This document shows, in pieces, positions 1 through 9,400 of a stretch of 45,578 bases of DNA; the stretch's first letter is position 1; every line of letters begins with the position of its first letter. The stretch is from positions 1 through 45,578 of the forward strand of contig JBGGMJ010000124.1 of assembly GCA_041288095.1 (NCBI GenBank), read 5' to 3'. The position numbers and the translations under genes were made by a program. The DNA comes from Myxococcota bacterium. Its GTDB lineage: Bacteria; Myxococcota; XYA12-FULL-58-9; JALHOP01. The notes beneath the pieces are model-generated. The model did no database searches. It saw only the letters and a list, made by a program, of their open reading frames with translations, and was not told the origin of the DNA.

Positions 1-1173
1 CCCACCGTCGACGTCATGTCGGTGCGCACCTTGGGTCTGTCGCTCTTGGGCATCGGCTGGTTCTGGGCGCTCGCGGCGTTACTCGTGGGTCTTTTGGTGC
101 CGTACGGCATGGTCACCCTGGGCGGCGGCTCCTGGACCTCGTTGGTGCTCGTCGCAAGCCTCGCGGTCGGCTTCATCGGCGGCGCGCTCACGTGCTCATG
201 GTTGTCACGTGGCGTGCTCGAGCTCGGCGTCGTGCCGCTGGGCGCCTTGGGCGTCACCGTCTTCATCGCGTTTCTCTGGTTCGGCGGCATGGTCGCGGCA
301 CCGACGCTCTGGCACGCCTACGCGGTGGCGGTGCCGTGCGGTACCTCGCTCGCGTGGTTCGTCGTACCGCTCTACGCGCTCATCTACCATCGCAGCGAGC
401 CGTCGCAAGCGGCGAGGATTGCCGCGCGTTGCGACCGGATCAGCAGTGCCTTCGCCATTGGCGCGGCGGTGATCTTGTGGGGCGCTTTCGTTTACCAGTG
501 GCCGGCACATTGGATCTTCTTGGCCATGGCGGCGGTGAACGCGGCGGTGGCGTTCTTTATTTACGCGTACGCTCCCGAGTTTGCCTTGCGCTTCGTAATC
601 TGGCTGCTCGCGCATGTCCTCTATCGCGTACGTGTCATCAACCGGGAAAACTTGCCGTTACGCGGGCCCGCGGTGCTCGTCTGCAATCACGTCACCTTCG
701 TCGATTGGCTGATCATCGGGAGTGCCTCGCCGCTGCCGGTCCGCTTCGTCATGCACTACAGCTTCATGAACATTCCGCTGCTGAAGCACCTGTTCAAAGA
801 CGCGAAGATCATTCCTATCGCGGGGGCGAAGGAGGATCCGGAGACATTGGAGAAGGCGTTCGAGCGTATTGCGGCTGCTTTGGCGGACAACGAGATCGTT
901 TGCATCTTTCCCGAGGGGAAGCTCACGACCGACGGCAAGATGAACGGGTTTCGGCCGGGGATCGAGAAGATCATCGCGCGTAGTCCGGTGCCGGTAACGC
1001 CGATGGCCCTCGTTGGGATGTGGGGGAGCTTGTTCAGCAAGAGCCGCGACAAGCGGGTTGGCAAGCGCGTTTGGTCGAAGGTGACCTTGCTAGTCGATAC
1101 GTCGGTCGCCCCGTCGGCGGTGACAGCTCTGGAGCTAGAAGGGCGGGTGCGGCGGCTCGGAGCGCTCGAGTAA
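1..1173 (+). CDS. MFS (LplT-like)/1-acyl-sn-glycerol-3-phosphate acyltransferase fusion, 5' truncated by window edge
   Basis: Multiple TM helices followed by PlsC motifs (CNHVTFVD, IFPEG); frame is open from base 1. Confidence 0.85.
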   Translation, partial: PTVDVMSVRTLGLSLLGIGWFWALAALLVGLLVPYGMVTLGGGSWTSLVLVASLAVGFIGGALTCSWLSRGVLELGVVPLGALGVTVFIAFLWFGGMVAAPTLWHAYAVAVPCGTSLAWFVVPLYALIYHRSEPSQAARIAARCDRISSAFAIGAAVILWGAFVYQWPAHWIFLAMAAVNAAVAFFIYAYAPEFALRFVIWLLAHVLYRVRVINRENLPLRGPAVLVCNHVTFVDWLIIGSASPLPVRFVMHYSFMNIPLLKHLFKDAKIIPIAGAKEDPETLEKAFERIAAALADNEIVCIFPEGKLTTDGKMNGFRPGIEKIIARSPVPVTPMALVGMWGSLFSKSRDKRVGKRVWSKVTLLVDTSVAPSAVTALELEGRVRRLGALE

Positions 1174-1182
1174 CGGAGAAAC

Positions 1183-1689
1183 CTACCGACCGCCACGCCG
1201 ATGCGGCTCGATGCCGAGCTCATGCACCGTAAACGGAATGCGCCCAAACGGACGCTCGATGGCCATGTGCACCGCGTCGCCAACGATCTTCTCATCGCCG
1301 ACATCGCCAGCGTGCGTCTGCACGAGCTTCACGCGGCCTTTGCTCTCTTCCTGAACCGCCGCCGCCAGAGCACCGCGAATCGCCGGGTTCTGCATGATCG
1401 GAAGCGTGACTTCAGTGGTGTTGAAGTACTCGCCTTCCCTCATCATGTTCTCGAGGCTGGGCACGTCGCCGGCGGCGAAGATGCGCACCAGCTCCTTGAA
1501 GTGTGGCGAGCCGACGTATTGATCGGGGTCGGTCGAGATCCGGTGCAGCTTGGGGTCGATGTGCTGCCGAGTGATGTCCGTGACGAGACGCTTCGAGCCC
1601 GAGCCCTCATCGGCGAGGGGGCGCGCCGAAGCGGCCTCCTGGCGGGCCCAGGTAGCATGGCCAATTCGAACTTTTGCTCCGTCAGACAT
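1183..1689 (-). CDS. Hypothetical protein (168 aa)
   Basis: Fills gap between convergent and tandem neighbours; normal composition; promoter-like motif 11 nt upstream of the ATG. Confidence 0.7.
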   Translation of the reverse strand: MSDGAKVRIGHATWARQEAASARPLADEGSGSKRLVTDITRQHIDPKLHRISTDPDQYVGSPHFKELVRIFAAGDVPSLENMMREGEYFNTTEVTLPIMQNPAIRGALAAAVQEESKGRVKLVQTHAGDVGDEKIVGDAVHMAIERPFGRIPFTVHELGIEPHRRGGR

Positions 1690-1700
1690 CGTCGGGAATG

Positions 1701-1727
1701 TTATCGCCTGATAAAACAGGGCGTTGC
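1701..1727 (-). promoter_or_regulatory. sigma28-like promoter motif A (GCAAC-N14-GGCGATAA)
   Basis: Minus strand reads gacGCAACgccctgttttatcaGGCGATAA; resembles FliA consensus TAAA-N15-GCCGATAA; motif recurs in the window. Confidence 0.6.
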
Positions 1728-1728
1728 G

Positions 1729-3570
1729 TCAGATTAGCACGCCAGCGATACACGCCATCAGGGCAGTCGTGATCGCTCCAGCGATCATAGCCCGAAGCCC
1801 CAATTTCGCCAGGTCAGAGCGGCGATTTGGAGCCATGGCGCTAATTCCACCGATCTGGATGCCAATCGATGAGAAATTAGCGAAACCGCACAGAGCATAA
1901 GTCGCGATCGTGAAGGTTCTAGGGCTAATTTGGCTGCGCAAAGCGCCCAGCTCGACGTAAGCCACGAACTCGTTGAGCGAGATCTTGATGCCAAGGAGCT
2001 TCCCGAAGGCCAAGAGGTCGTTGGTGTGCACGCCCATGCACCAGGACAGCGGATAGAAGAGGTAGCCGAAGACCTCGCCGAGCTGCAGCCCGGGGTGGCC
2101 AAACCAGCCGCCGGCGACTCCAAGCATCCAGTTGGCGACAGCCACCAGCGCGATGAAGGCGATGAGCATCGCCGCGACGTTCAAGGCGAGCGAGAGGCCG
2201 TCCGAGGCGCCGGCGGCGGCCGCATCGATGACGTTGGCGGTCGTGCGCTCGGGGTCTTTGACCTGGCCACCCTTGGTCTCGGATTCCTCGGTCTCCGGCC
2301 ACATGATCTTGGCGATGACGAGCGAGGCGGGCGCGGACATGACGCTGGCGGCGACGAGGTGGCCGGCGTCGATACCGAAGCGCACGTAAGCGGCGAGCAC
2401 GCCGCCGGCGACCGAGGCGAAGCCACCAACCATGACCGCCATGAGCTCCGACATGGTCATGCCGTTCAGGTACGGCTTCACGACGAGCGGTGCCTCGGTC
2501 TGGCCGACGAAGATGTTCACGGCGGCGGCGAGCGACTCCGAGCCGCTGGTGCGCATCGACTTCTTCATCACCCAAGCGACCGCGTGCACGAGCTTCTGGA
2601 TGATGCCCCAGTGGTAGAGCACCGACATGAAGGCGCCGAAGAAGATGATGGTCGGCAAGATGTGGAAAGCGAAGATGATGCCGATGTTCATGGCGTCACC
2701 GCTGGTGCCGTCGATGAGGGACATCGGGCCGCGGGTTGGGCCGGGGGCCAAGCCGTCGTAGATCGAGCCGAAGACGAAGCTCGCGCCCGCGTCCGTGAAA
2801 GCGATCAACTTGTTGACGGCGTCGTTGGCGACCGCGAAAGCGGCCTTGCCGGCGGGCACGATGAGCACCAGCAAGGCGAAGACGATCTGCAGCGCCATGC
2901 CCCAGATGACCAAGCGCCAATCGATGCGCTTCTTGGCCACCGACATGAGGAACGCGAGGCCCAGCAACACGAAGACGCCGAGCAAGCTGCGCAGGCGCAT
3001 GGTGATCGCGGTGCTGGCGTCGACCTCGGGTGGCCTGGTGAGGCCGAGCGTCACTTCGAGGCGCTTGATCTCGGGGTGCTGCGGCGCGATGGCGACGAGG
3101 TCGTCGAAGCGCTTCAACGCGAGGTCACGGTCGCCGGCTTCGAGCGCCAGGTCGCTGATGTGGACCAAGAGATCGGCCATGCCCTGGCGGCGCTGCCAGT
3201 TGATGAACACGCGGCGCAGACGCTCATGGGCCTTCAACGCGAGGGCCTTGTCGCCGCTGGCGATGACCGCGCAGAGCTGATCGGTGGCGTTGTCGAGCTG
3301 ACCCAGGCGCACCAGGCGATCGCCCCGGCGGTAGGCCTCGGCGATGTCCGGAACGGTGGTGGTCTGCGGTCCGCAATACGACGCCCAGTCGGGCCGCTCT
3401 GGGAGCGATGGATCGGGCTCCTGCTGGGGCTCGTCGGTATCCGGAGCGACGACTTGGTCCGTCGTCTGGCTCTTGACGCTCGCGGGCAGGATCAAGACGG
3501 CCGCGAAAGTGGTCACGGCCGAAACGGCGATGGTTGCCCAGATGCGTCGGGTCAGCACGTTCCGCAGCAT
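1729..3570 (-). CDS. nupC: CNT-family (NupC-like) nucleoside transporter with long N-terminal extension
   Basis: CNT motifs (LPTIIFF, NIFVGQTEAP, NEFVAY, YALCGFANFSSIGIQIGG); start placed at ATG 3570 to avoid overlap with the divergent PNP gene. Confidence 0.9.
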   Translation of the reverse strand: MLRNVLTRRIWATIAVSAVTTFAAVLILPASVKSQTTDQVVAPDTDEPQQEPDPSLPERPDWASYCGPQTTTVPDIAEAYRRGDRLVRLGQLDNATDQLCAVIASGDKALALKAHERLRRVFINWQRRQGMADLLVHISDLALEAGDRDLALKRFDDLVAIAPQHPEIKRLEVTLGLTRPPEVDASTAITMRLRSLLGVFVLLGLAFLMSVAKKRIDWRLVIWGMALQIVFALLVLIVPAGKAAFAVANDAVNKLIAFTDAGASFVFGSIYDGLAPGPTRGPMSLIDGTSGDAMNIGIIFAFHILPTIIFFGAFMSVLYHWGIIQKLVHAVAWVMKKSMRTSGSESLAAAVNIFVGQTEAPLVVKPYLNGMTMSELMAVMVGGFASVAGGVLAAYVRFGIDAGHLVAASVMSAPASLVIAKIMWPETEESETKGGQVKDPERTTANVIDAAAAGASDGLSLALNVAAMLIAFIALVAVANWMLGVAGGWFGHPGLQLGEVFGYLFYPLSWCMGVHTNDLLAFGKLLGIKISLNEFVAYVELGALRSQISPRTFTIATYALCGFANFSSIGIQIGGISAMAPNRRSDLAKLGLRAMIAGAITTALMACIAGVLI

Positions 3571-3605
3571 TGCGGGCGCATCGCTATCACAATATATCCC
3601 GAGCA

Positions 3606-4424
3606 GTGAGCACATATTACGATCAGGTGCAGGAAGCCGTCCGTGCCATTGGCGCCTCGGAGAGCCCTACCGTCGGTGTCGTTCTGGGCTCGGGCCTGTC
3701 CGCTTTTGTCGAGCAGATCGACGAGCCTCGCGTCATCCCCTACCGCGACATACCCAATTTTCCAGTGAGCAACGTCGAAGGGCACAAAGGCGAGCTGGTG
3801 CTCGGCAAGATCGGGAGCGCGCGTATCGTCGTCATGAGCGGACGCGTCCACTATTACGAAGGTCACGCCATGAGCGCCGTGACCTTCCCGATCCGCGTGC
3901 TCGCGGGGCTCGGCATCAAGACCCTGCTGGTCACCAACGCCGCGGGCGGCATCAACACTTCGTTTCGGCCCGGCGACTTCATGATCATCACCGACCACCT
4001 GAACTTGGTCACGGACAACCCGCTGCGTGGCGTCAACGACGACCGCTTCGGCATTCGCTTCCCCGACATGACCGAGGCCTACTCGAAGGCGGCGAGCGAC
4101 AAGCTGCGCGAAGCCGCAAAATTCGCGAACGTTACGCCGCGTGAGGGTGTCTACGCGTTCTGGACCGGCCCCTGCTACGAGACGCCAGCAGAGATACGTA
4201 TGTTGCGGACACTGGGCGCCGATGCGGTCGGCATGTCGACCGTGCCCGAAGTCATCGTGGCACGGCACGCGGGCCTCACCGTCTGCGGCGTGTCGATCAT
4301 CACCAACGCGGCGGCGGGCATCTCGGGAGCCACCTTGTCGCACGACGAGGTCAAAGAGGTCGCCGGCCGCGTGCAAAAACCCATGCGCATGATGCTCGCG
4401 CGCGCGGTGCAAACCCTCGCATGA
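3606..4424 (+). CDS. punA: Purine nucleoside phosphorylase (trimeric type)
   Basis: VVLGSGL, GRVHYYEG, TNAAGG, GPCYETPAE, GMSTVPE motifs; likely GTG start at 3606. Confidence 0.93.
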   Translation: MSTYYDQVQEAVRAIGASESPTVGVVLGSGLSAFVEQIDEPRVIPYRDIPNFPVSNVEGHKGELVLGKIGSARIVVMSGRVHYYEGHAMSAVTFPIRVLAGLGIKTLLVTNAAGGINTSFRPGDFMIITDHLNLVTDNPLRGVNDDRFGIRFPDMTEAYSKAASDKLREAAKFANVTPREGVYAFWTGPCYETPAEIRMLRTLGADAVGMSTVPEVIVARHAGLTVCGVSIITNAAAGISGATLSHDEVKEVAGRVQKPMRMMLARAVQTLA

Positions 4425-5806
4425 CAGTCCGCCATAGTGGCCCCCGCGTGCCGGCCAAAAAAAAGCACGTACCCGTCAAACGCGACGGCACCATCGTCAT
4501 CCGCGGCGCCGACGTCATCACCATGAACGAGCGCTTCGACGTGGCGAAGCTCGACGTCGCCATCGAAGACGGACGCATCATCGGCGTCGGCCCCAAGCTC
4601 TCCACGCGCGGCGCCGACATGGTCATCGAGGCCAAGGGCTTGGTGCTCATGCCCGGCTTCGTGCAGGCCCACGTCCATTTGTGCCAGACGTTGTTTCGCG
4701 CCCAGGCCGACGACATGGTGCTGCTCGATTGGCTGCGCGAGCGCATCTGGCCGATGGAAGGCGCCCTCGAAGCCGACGACATGCGGGCCGCGGCGCGGCT
4801 TGGTCTCTCCGAGCTCTTGCTCTCCGGGACCACGGGCATCCTCGACATGGGCACGGTCCGCCACGCCGACGTGCTCTTCGAGGAAGCCGCGCGCTCTGGC
4901 ATCCGCTATGTCGGAGGCAAGTGCCTCATGGACGTCGGTCAGGGCTACCCCGCCGGTCTGCGCGAAACGACCGAGAGCGCCATCGACGAGAGCGTCACCC
5001 TCTGCGAGCGCTGGCACGGCGCCGCCGATGGCCGCCTGCGTTACGCCTTCTCGCCGCGCTTCGCCTTGTCGTGCAGCGAGCACGCCATGAAGATGTGCGC
5101 CGCCAACGCCCGCGCGCACGGCGCCATGTTGCACACGCATGCCTCGGAGAACTCCGAGGAGATCGAGCTCGTGCGCGAGCGCAGCGGCAAGAGCAACATC
5201 GAGTATCTGCATTCGCTCGGCCTCACCGGTCCCGATGTCGTCCTGGCCCACGGCGTGTGGCTCTCCGCCGAAGAGCGCCGCATCCTGCGCGACACCAAGA
5301 CGCGGCTCGCGCATTGCCCGTCCTCGAACCTGAAGCTCGCGAGCGGCATCGCCCGCATCGACGAGCTCTTGCAGATGGACATCCATATCGCGCTCGGCGC
5401 CGACGGTGCTGCCTGCAATAACGGACTCGACGCCTTCATGGAGATGCGGCTCGCCGCCATCCTCCACAAGGTCCGCGGCGGCCCCACGGCGATCCCCGCG
5501 CGCAAGGCGCTGCACATGGCGACCCGCGCCGGCTCCCAAGCGCTCGGGCTCGAGGACGCCGGCATCATCGCGCCCGGCATGCGCGCCGACGTGGTGCTGC
5601 TCGACCTCCACAAGCCGCACGTCTATCCCGACATCGGCGACCTCACCTCGCGCGTCGTCTATTCGGCTCGGCCAACCGACGTGCACAGCGTCATCATCGA
5701 TGGGCGTGTCGTCGTTCGCGAAGGGCAGCTGTTGACGCTCGATGTGAACAAGACCCTCCGCGATGCCAGAGCGGCCGCGAAGCGTGTCGCGACGCGCGTC
5801 GCCTAG
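4421..5806 (+). CDS. Amidohydrolase-family nucleoside deaminase (5'-deoxyadenosine/MTA-SAH deaminase-like)
   Basis: HVH, HTHASE, AHGVW, HCPSSNLKL, GADG motifs; ATGA overlap with the PNP gene. Confidence 0.85.
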   Translation: MTVRHSGPRVPAKKKHVPVKRDGTIVIRGADVITMNERFDVAKLDVAIEDGRIIGVGPKLSTRGADMVIEAKGLVLMPGFVQAHVHLCQTLFRAQADDMVLLDWLRERIWPMEGALEADDMRAAARLGLSELLLSGTTGILDMGTVRHADVLFEEAARSGIRYVGGKCLMDVGQGYPAGLRETTESAIDESVTLCERWHGAADGRLRYAFSPRFALSCSEHAMKMCAANARAHGAMLHTHASENSEEIELVRERSGKSNIEYLHSLGLTGPDVVLAHGVWLSAEERRILRDTKTRLAHCPSSNLKLASGIARIDELLQMDIHIALGADGAACNNGLDAFMEMRLAAILHKVRGGPTAIPARKALHMATRAGSQALGLEDAGIIAPGMRADVVLLDLHKPHVYPDIGDLTSRVVYSARPTDVHSVIIDGRVVVREGQLLTLDVNKTLRDARAAAKRVATRVA

Positions 5807-5829
5807 CCCAGTAGCGGAGGCGAAACGCG

Positions 5830-5865
5830 GTCCGGCTACCTGGACGGCTGTCCGTGTCCTTGGAC
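5830..5865. promoter_or_regulatory. Tandem enhancer boxes GTCC-N8-GGAC (pair 1)
   Basis: GTCCggctacctGGAC (5830-5845) and GTCCgtgtccttGGAC (5850-5865), 20 bp apart. Confidence 0.75.
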
Positions 5866-5916
5866 GACGCCGTGCTCCGCGATGGCAAGCAACGCGACTG
5901 GGTCGCGATTCCGTCT

Positions 5917-5932
5917 CGGCACGTCGATTGCT
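5917..5932 (+). promoter_or_regulatory. sigma54 -24/-12 promoter
   Basis: CGGCAC-gtcga-TTGCT, about 50 bp downstream of enhancer pair 1; AGGAG RBS follows before ATG 5971. Confidence 0.8.
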
Positions 5933-5970
5933 TCGGATGAACGCATCAACCTTCCCAGGAGCAAGCGCCA

Positions 5971-6477
5971 ATGACGTCGGTTCAATACTGGCATTTCCCC
6001 ACGTTTACGGAGGCCACCGAGGTTCGCAAAGGCGAGCGAAGACACGCGGAAAAGCTCGTCGAGAAGGCGGCGGAAGACGGGATCATTACCGAGGCCGAGC
6101 AAGACGAGATCATGAGCGAGCTCCGCGTTAGCGCCGGCGTGGTGCGCGACGTCTACCTGGAAGCCGTCGAGAAGCTGGGCAGGGGCGCTCAGGCTCCGGT
6201 CGGCTTGGACCCGCTCGTCGAGCGGATGGAGCGCCGCGACGCGATCCTCGATGAAACCTCACGATGGGGTGACGAGCTCGTCAGAGCGGCCGGCAATGGG
6301 GAGCTCTCGGAAAAGGAGCGCGAGGCACTCGTGGCCTCTTTTCTGACCCTCTCGGAGTCCGCCAAAAAAGCAGTGATGGCGATTCTACCCCGCTACGGGG
6401 TCGCCGGCGCGCCCGAGCTCGTCAGCGAGATCAACGTCGCGTTGGCAAGGGCTGGCGGGTCGCGACTGCTGCGCTAA
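5971..6477 (+). CDS. Hypothetical acidic alpha-helical protein (168 aa)
   Basis: RBS and sigma54 promoter upstream; two similar motifs, AAEDGIITEAEQ and AAGNGELSEKER. Confidence 0.75.
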   Translation: MTSVQYWHFPTFTEATEVRKGERRHAEKLVEKAAEDGIITEAEQDEIMSELRVSAGVVRDVYLEAVEKLGRGAQAPVGLDPLVERMERRDAILDETSRWGDELVRAAGNGELSEKEREALVASFLTLSESAKKAVMAILPRYGVAGAPELVSEINVALARAGGSRLLR

Positions 6478-6493
6478 CGGGGCACGCCGCGGG

Positions 6494-9400
6494 TCACGCG
6501 TCGTTCACTAGGCGGTGTTGCTTGAGCTTGGCGTAGATACCGGAGCGAGAAATGCCGATGGCGCGGGCGGCGCGTGAGGGGTCGTTGTCGTTCGCCGCCA
6601 GCGCCTCGGCGAGGAAGCTCTTCTCGAAGGTCGCCACGGCATCGCGATAGCGTTTCGACTTCGCAGCCGACATGCTCAACCCGCGCAACGCCGCGCGCAC
6701 CGATTTCGAGAAGTGACCGACACGCAGCTCGTCGTCCGCGAGCGCGAGCGCGCGGCGCAGCTCGTTGTCGAGCTCACGAACGTTACCCGGCCACGCGTAG
6801 CTTTGCAGAGCGTCGAGGACGTCGCGCTTCACCTTGGGCACCGCGATGCCGAACTCTTTTGCCGCGCGGATGAGCAGCACACGGACGAGCTCCGGGATGT
6901 CGTCGGCGCGGTCTCGCAACGGCGGGATCTCGATCAAGGCGCCGGCAAGGCGATAGTAGAGATCTTCGCGGAAGCGGCCCGCCGCGACCAACGCCGACAG
7001 CGACCTGTGACTCGCGCAGACGATTCGCACGTCGGTCTGTTGCTCGTCGGTGGCGCCAACCGCGCGGAAGGTGCCCTCCTCGAGGACGCGCAGGAGCTTC
7101 GTCTGCATCGGCGACCCCATGTCGCCGACTTCGTCGAGAAAGAGCGTGCCGCCATCGGCGACACGGAAGAGGCCCTCTCTATCGTTGAGCGCACCGGTGA
7201 AAGCGCCACGACGAACGCCGAAGAGCTCGCTCTCCAGGAGCTCGTTGGGGATCGCCGCGCAGTTCAGCGCAACGAAGGGTCCCTCGACGCGTGGACTGTG
7301 CGTATGTAACGCGCGCGCGACCAGCTCCTTGCCGGCGCCGGACTCGCCGTGCACGAAGATCGGCAAGGGCACGCTGGCGAAGCGCTGCACCTTGTCGAGG
7401 ACGTCGAGCATGCCGCGGCTGCGGGCGACGATCTGCGAGAACTTGGCGCGCAAGCCGTCGTCGTCGCTCCCGGCCGCGAGGTGCAGTTTGGTGCGCGCCA
7501 GCTCTTCGCTGGTGCGAGAAAGGCTCGAGTGCAGCGCTTCGTTCTCGTTGGCCAAGTTGCTCCGCGCCACTTCGAGCTGGCGACGCTCGTCGAGCAAGGC
7601 GAGGCGCAGCTCGGCGCTCTTGAGCGCCAACGCAGCTTGCTCCGCGAACGCGGTCAGGACCGACAGCGCGTCGACGCTGAAGACGTCGGCGCGGGCACGA
7701 TGGTCGAGATAAATGGCGCCGCGGGGAGCTCCGTCGATGAGCAACGGCACGCACGCGATCGAGCGCATGCGCAGGTCGCGAACGCTGCGCTGCTCCATGA
7801 AGCGCTCATCGGCCATGGCGTCGCTCGTGACGATGCTCCTGCCGCTGGCGATGACTTGCTCGGCGATGCCACGACTGAAGTCGGTGTCGCTGCCGTTCGC
7901 TATGGCGCGTTGAGCGAGCACCGCCATTCCACCTTCGCGCTTCACCAGGGCGAGGCTGCGCTCCGAAGCGGTCAGGGCGGAGACTTCGTCGAGAATCGCG
8001 CCCAACAGCTCGTCAAGGTCGGCGCACTCGTTGAGCTTGCGGTTGATGCGCAAGACCCGCTCGAGCAAGGACGACGCGCCGCTACCACGGGCCTTCGCCC
8101 ACAGGCTCGACAGCCGCGCGACCTCGCGTGCGTTGGCGGGAACGCGCTGGTAGTCGCCGATGTGCTCGCGCGGCAGCGCGGCGAGGGCACGCCGAAAATT
8201 GACGCGCGCCACCGCCACCGCGTCGTCGAGGCCGAGGTCGTCTCCAGCGCGCTCGGCGAGCTCGGCTTGGACCAGGGCCACCTGCCAATCCAGGAGGGGC
8301 GAGCCTCGCATGGCCCGCGTAGCCAGCTCGACCGCCCGGCCGGGAGGCGCGCCACGATCGCAGGCCTCGATGCGCGCGGCCACGAGAGCGGCCTCGGCGT
8401 CAGTCAGGTCCAGATCGCTCACCGCCAAGCGTGCATGCAAGACGTCACCTTCGAGGAGCGCGAGCTTGGCGTGGACGAGCGCCGCATGCCGCGCCATCTG
8501 TCCGTCGCGCTCTCCACGAAACTCCGCGAAGCGGGCCAACGCCGCGCGCGCGTGGTCGAAAGACTCGTTGGCGATGCCGATCTCCGCGTCCAGGAGATGG
8601 AGGCGCGCCACCTCGACGCGCATGCCGCGCTCGGCCGCGAGAGGCGTCGTGAGCTTGAGCCAACGCGCAGCGCTGTCGAGAGCGCCGATCTGAATCGCGA
8701 GATTCGCGATGTTGAAACCGACGCGTACGCGATCGCGGTCGGAGCCGACACGCGCCGCGAGGGTCGCGGCTTCCTGGTAGTGCGCATGGGCCGCGGCCAG
8801 CCGTCCCGCGTCCTGTGCCGCGGTGCCGAGGTTGAGCAAGCGCGCCGGCAGGCGCGTGACGTCGCCCGCGGCTCGGCTGAGGCGATAGGCGCGGCGGTAA
8901 TGAAGCAGCGCGCGGGAGAGCTTGCCGGACTTGTGGGCGGCAAGGCCGCGCGAGGTGGCGATGCTGGCAGCGCCGACTGGGTCGGCTTTCGGCTCGACGA
9001 GCCGCGAGGCCCGTCGCAAACGGCGCTCGGCGTCCTTGATGCGGCCCCGGTAGAAGTCGACGAGGCCGCGCATGTGAAAGAGCTCGCCGCGCGTCGCGGC
9101 CGCGTTGGGGTGCGTCGAAGCTTCGCGGGTGAGCCGCTCGGCCGCATCGAGCTCGCCCCGGTGCAACGCGAGCCTCGCCCGCAGGAGCAGCATGCTCGCC
9201 GATGGGCTCGTCGTCGCGGCTCGCCCGGCGATCGCCCAAGCGTCGTCATAGGCGCCGAGCGTGATCGCCGCCTTCAGAGCGCGGCACTGGCTCAGGTCAT
9301 CGCTCGCGTCGATGCGCGCAAGGACGGCTTCGGTGGCGACGACGCCGGCGAGCTCGCCGCAGCGCTCCTCGAGCTCCACGGCGTAACGGAGCACCTCGGC

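Noticed and set aside
5885..5911. Possible sigma28-like motif upstream of 5971 (GCAAG-N14-CGCGATTC)
   Set aside because: Poor match; the region is better explained by the enhancer pair and sigma54 promoter.
4175..5971. 598-aa minus ORF (and the 559-aa + ORF at 1930-3609)
   Set aside because: Antisense shadows of the deaminase and nupC genes.
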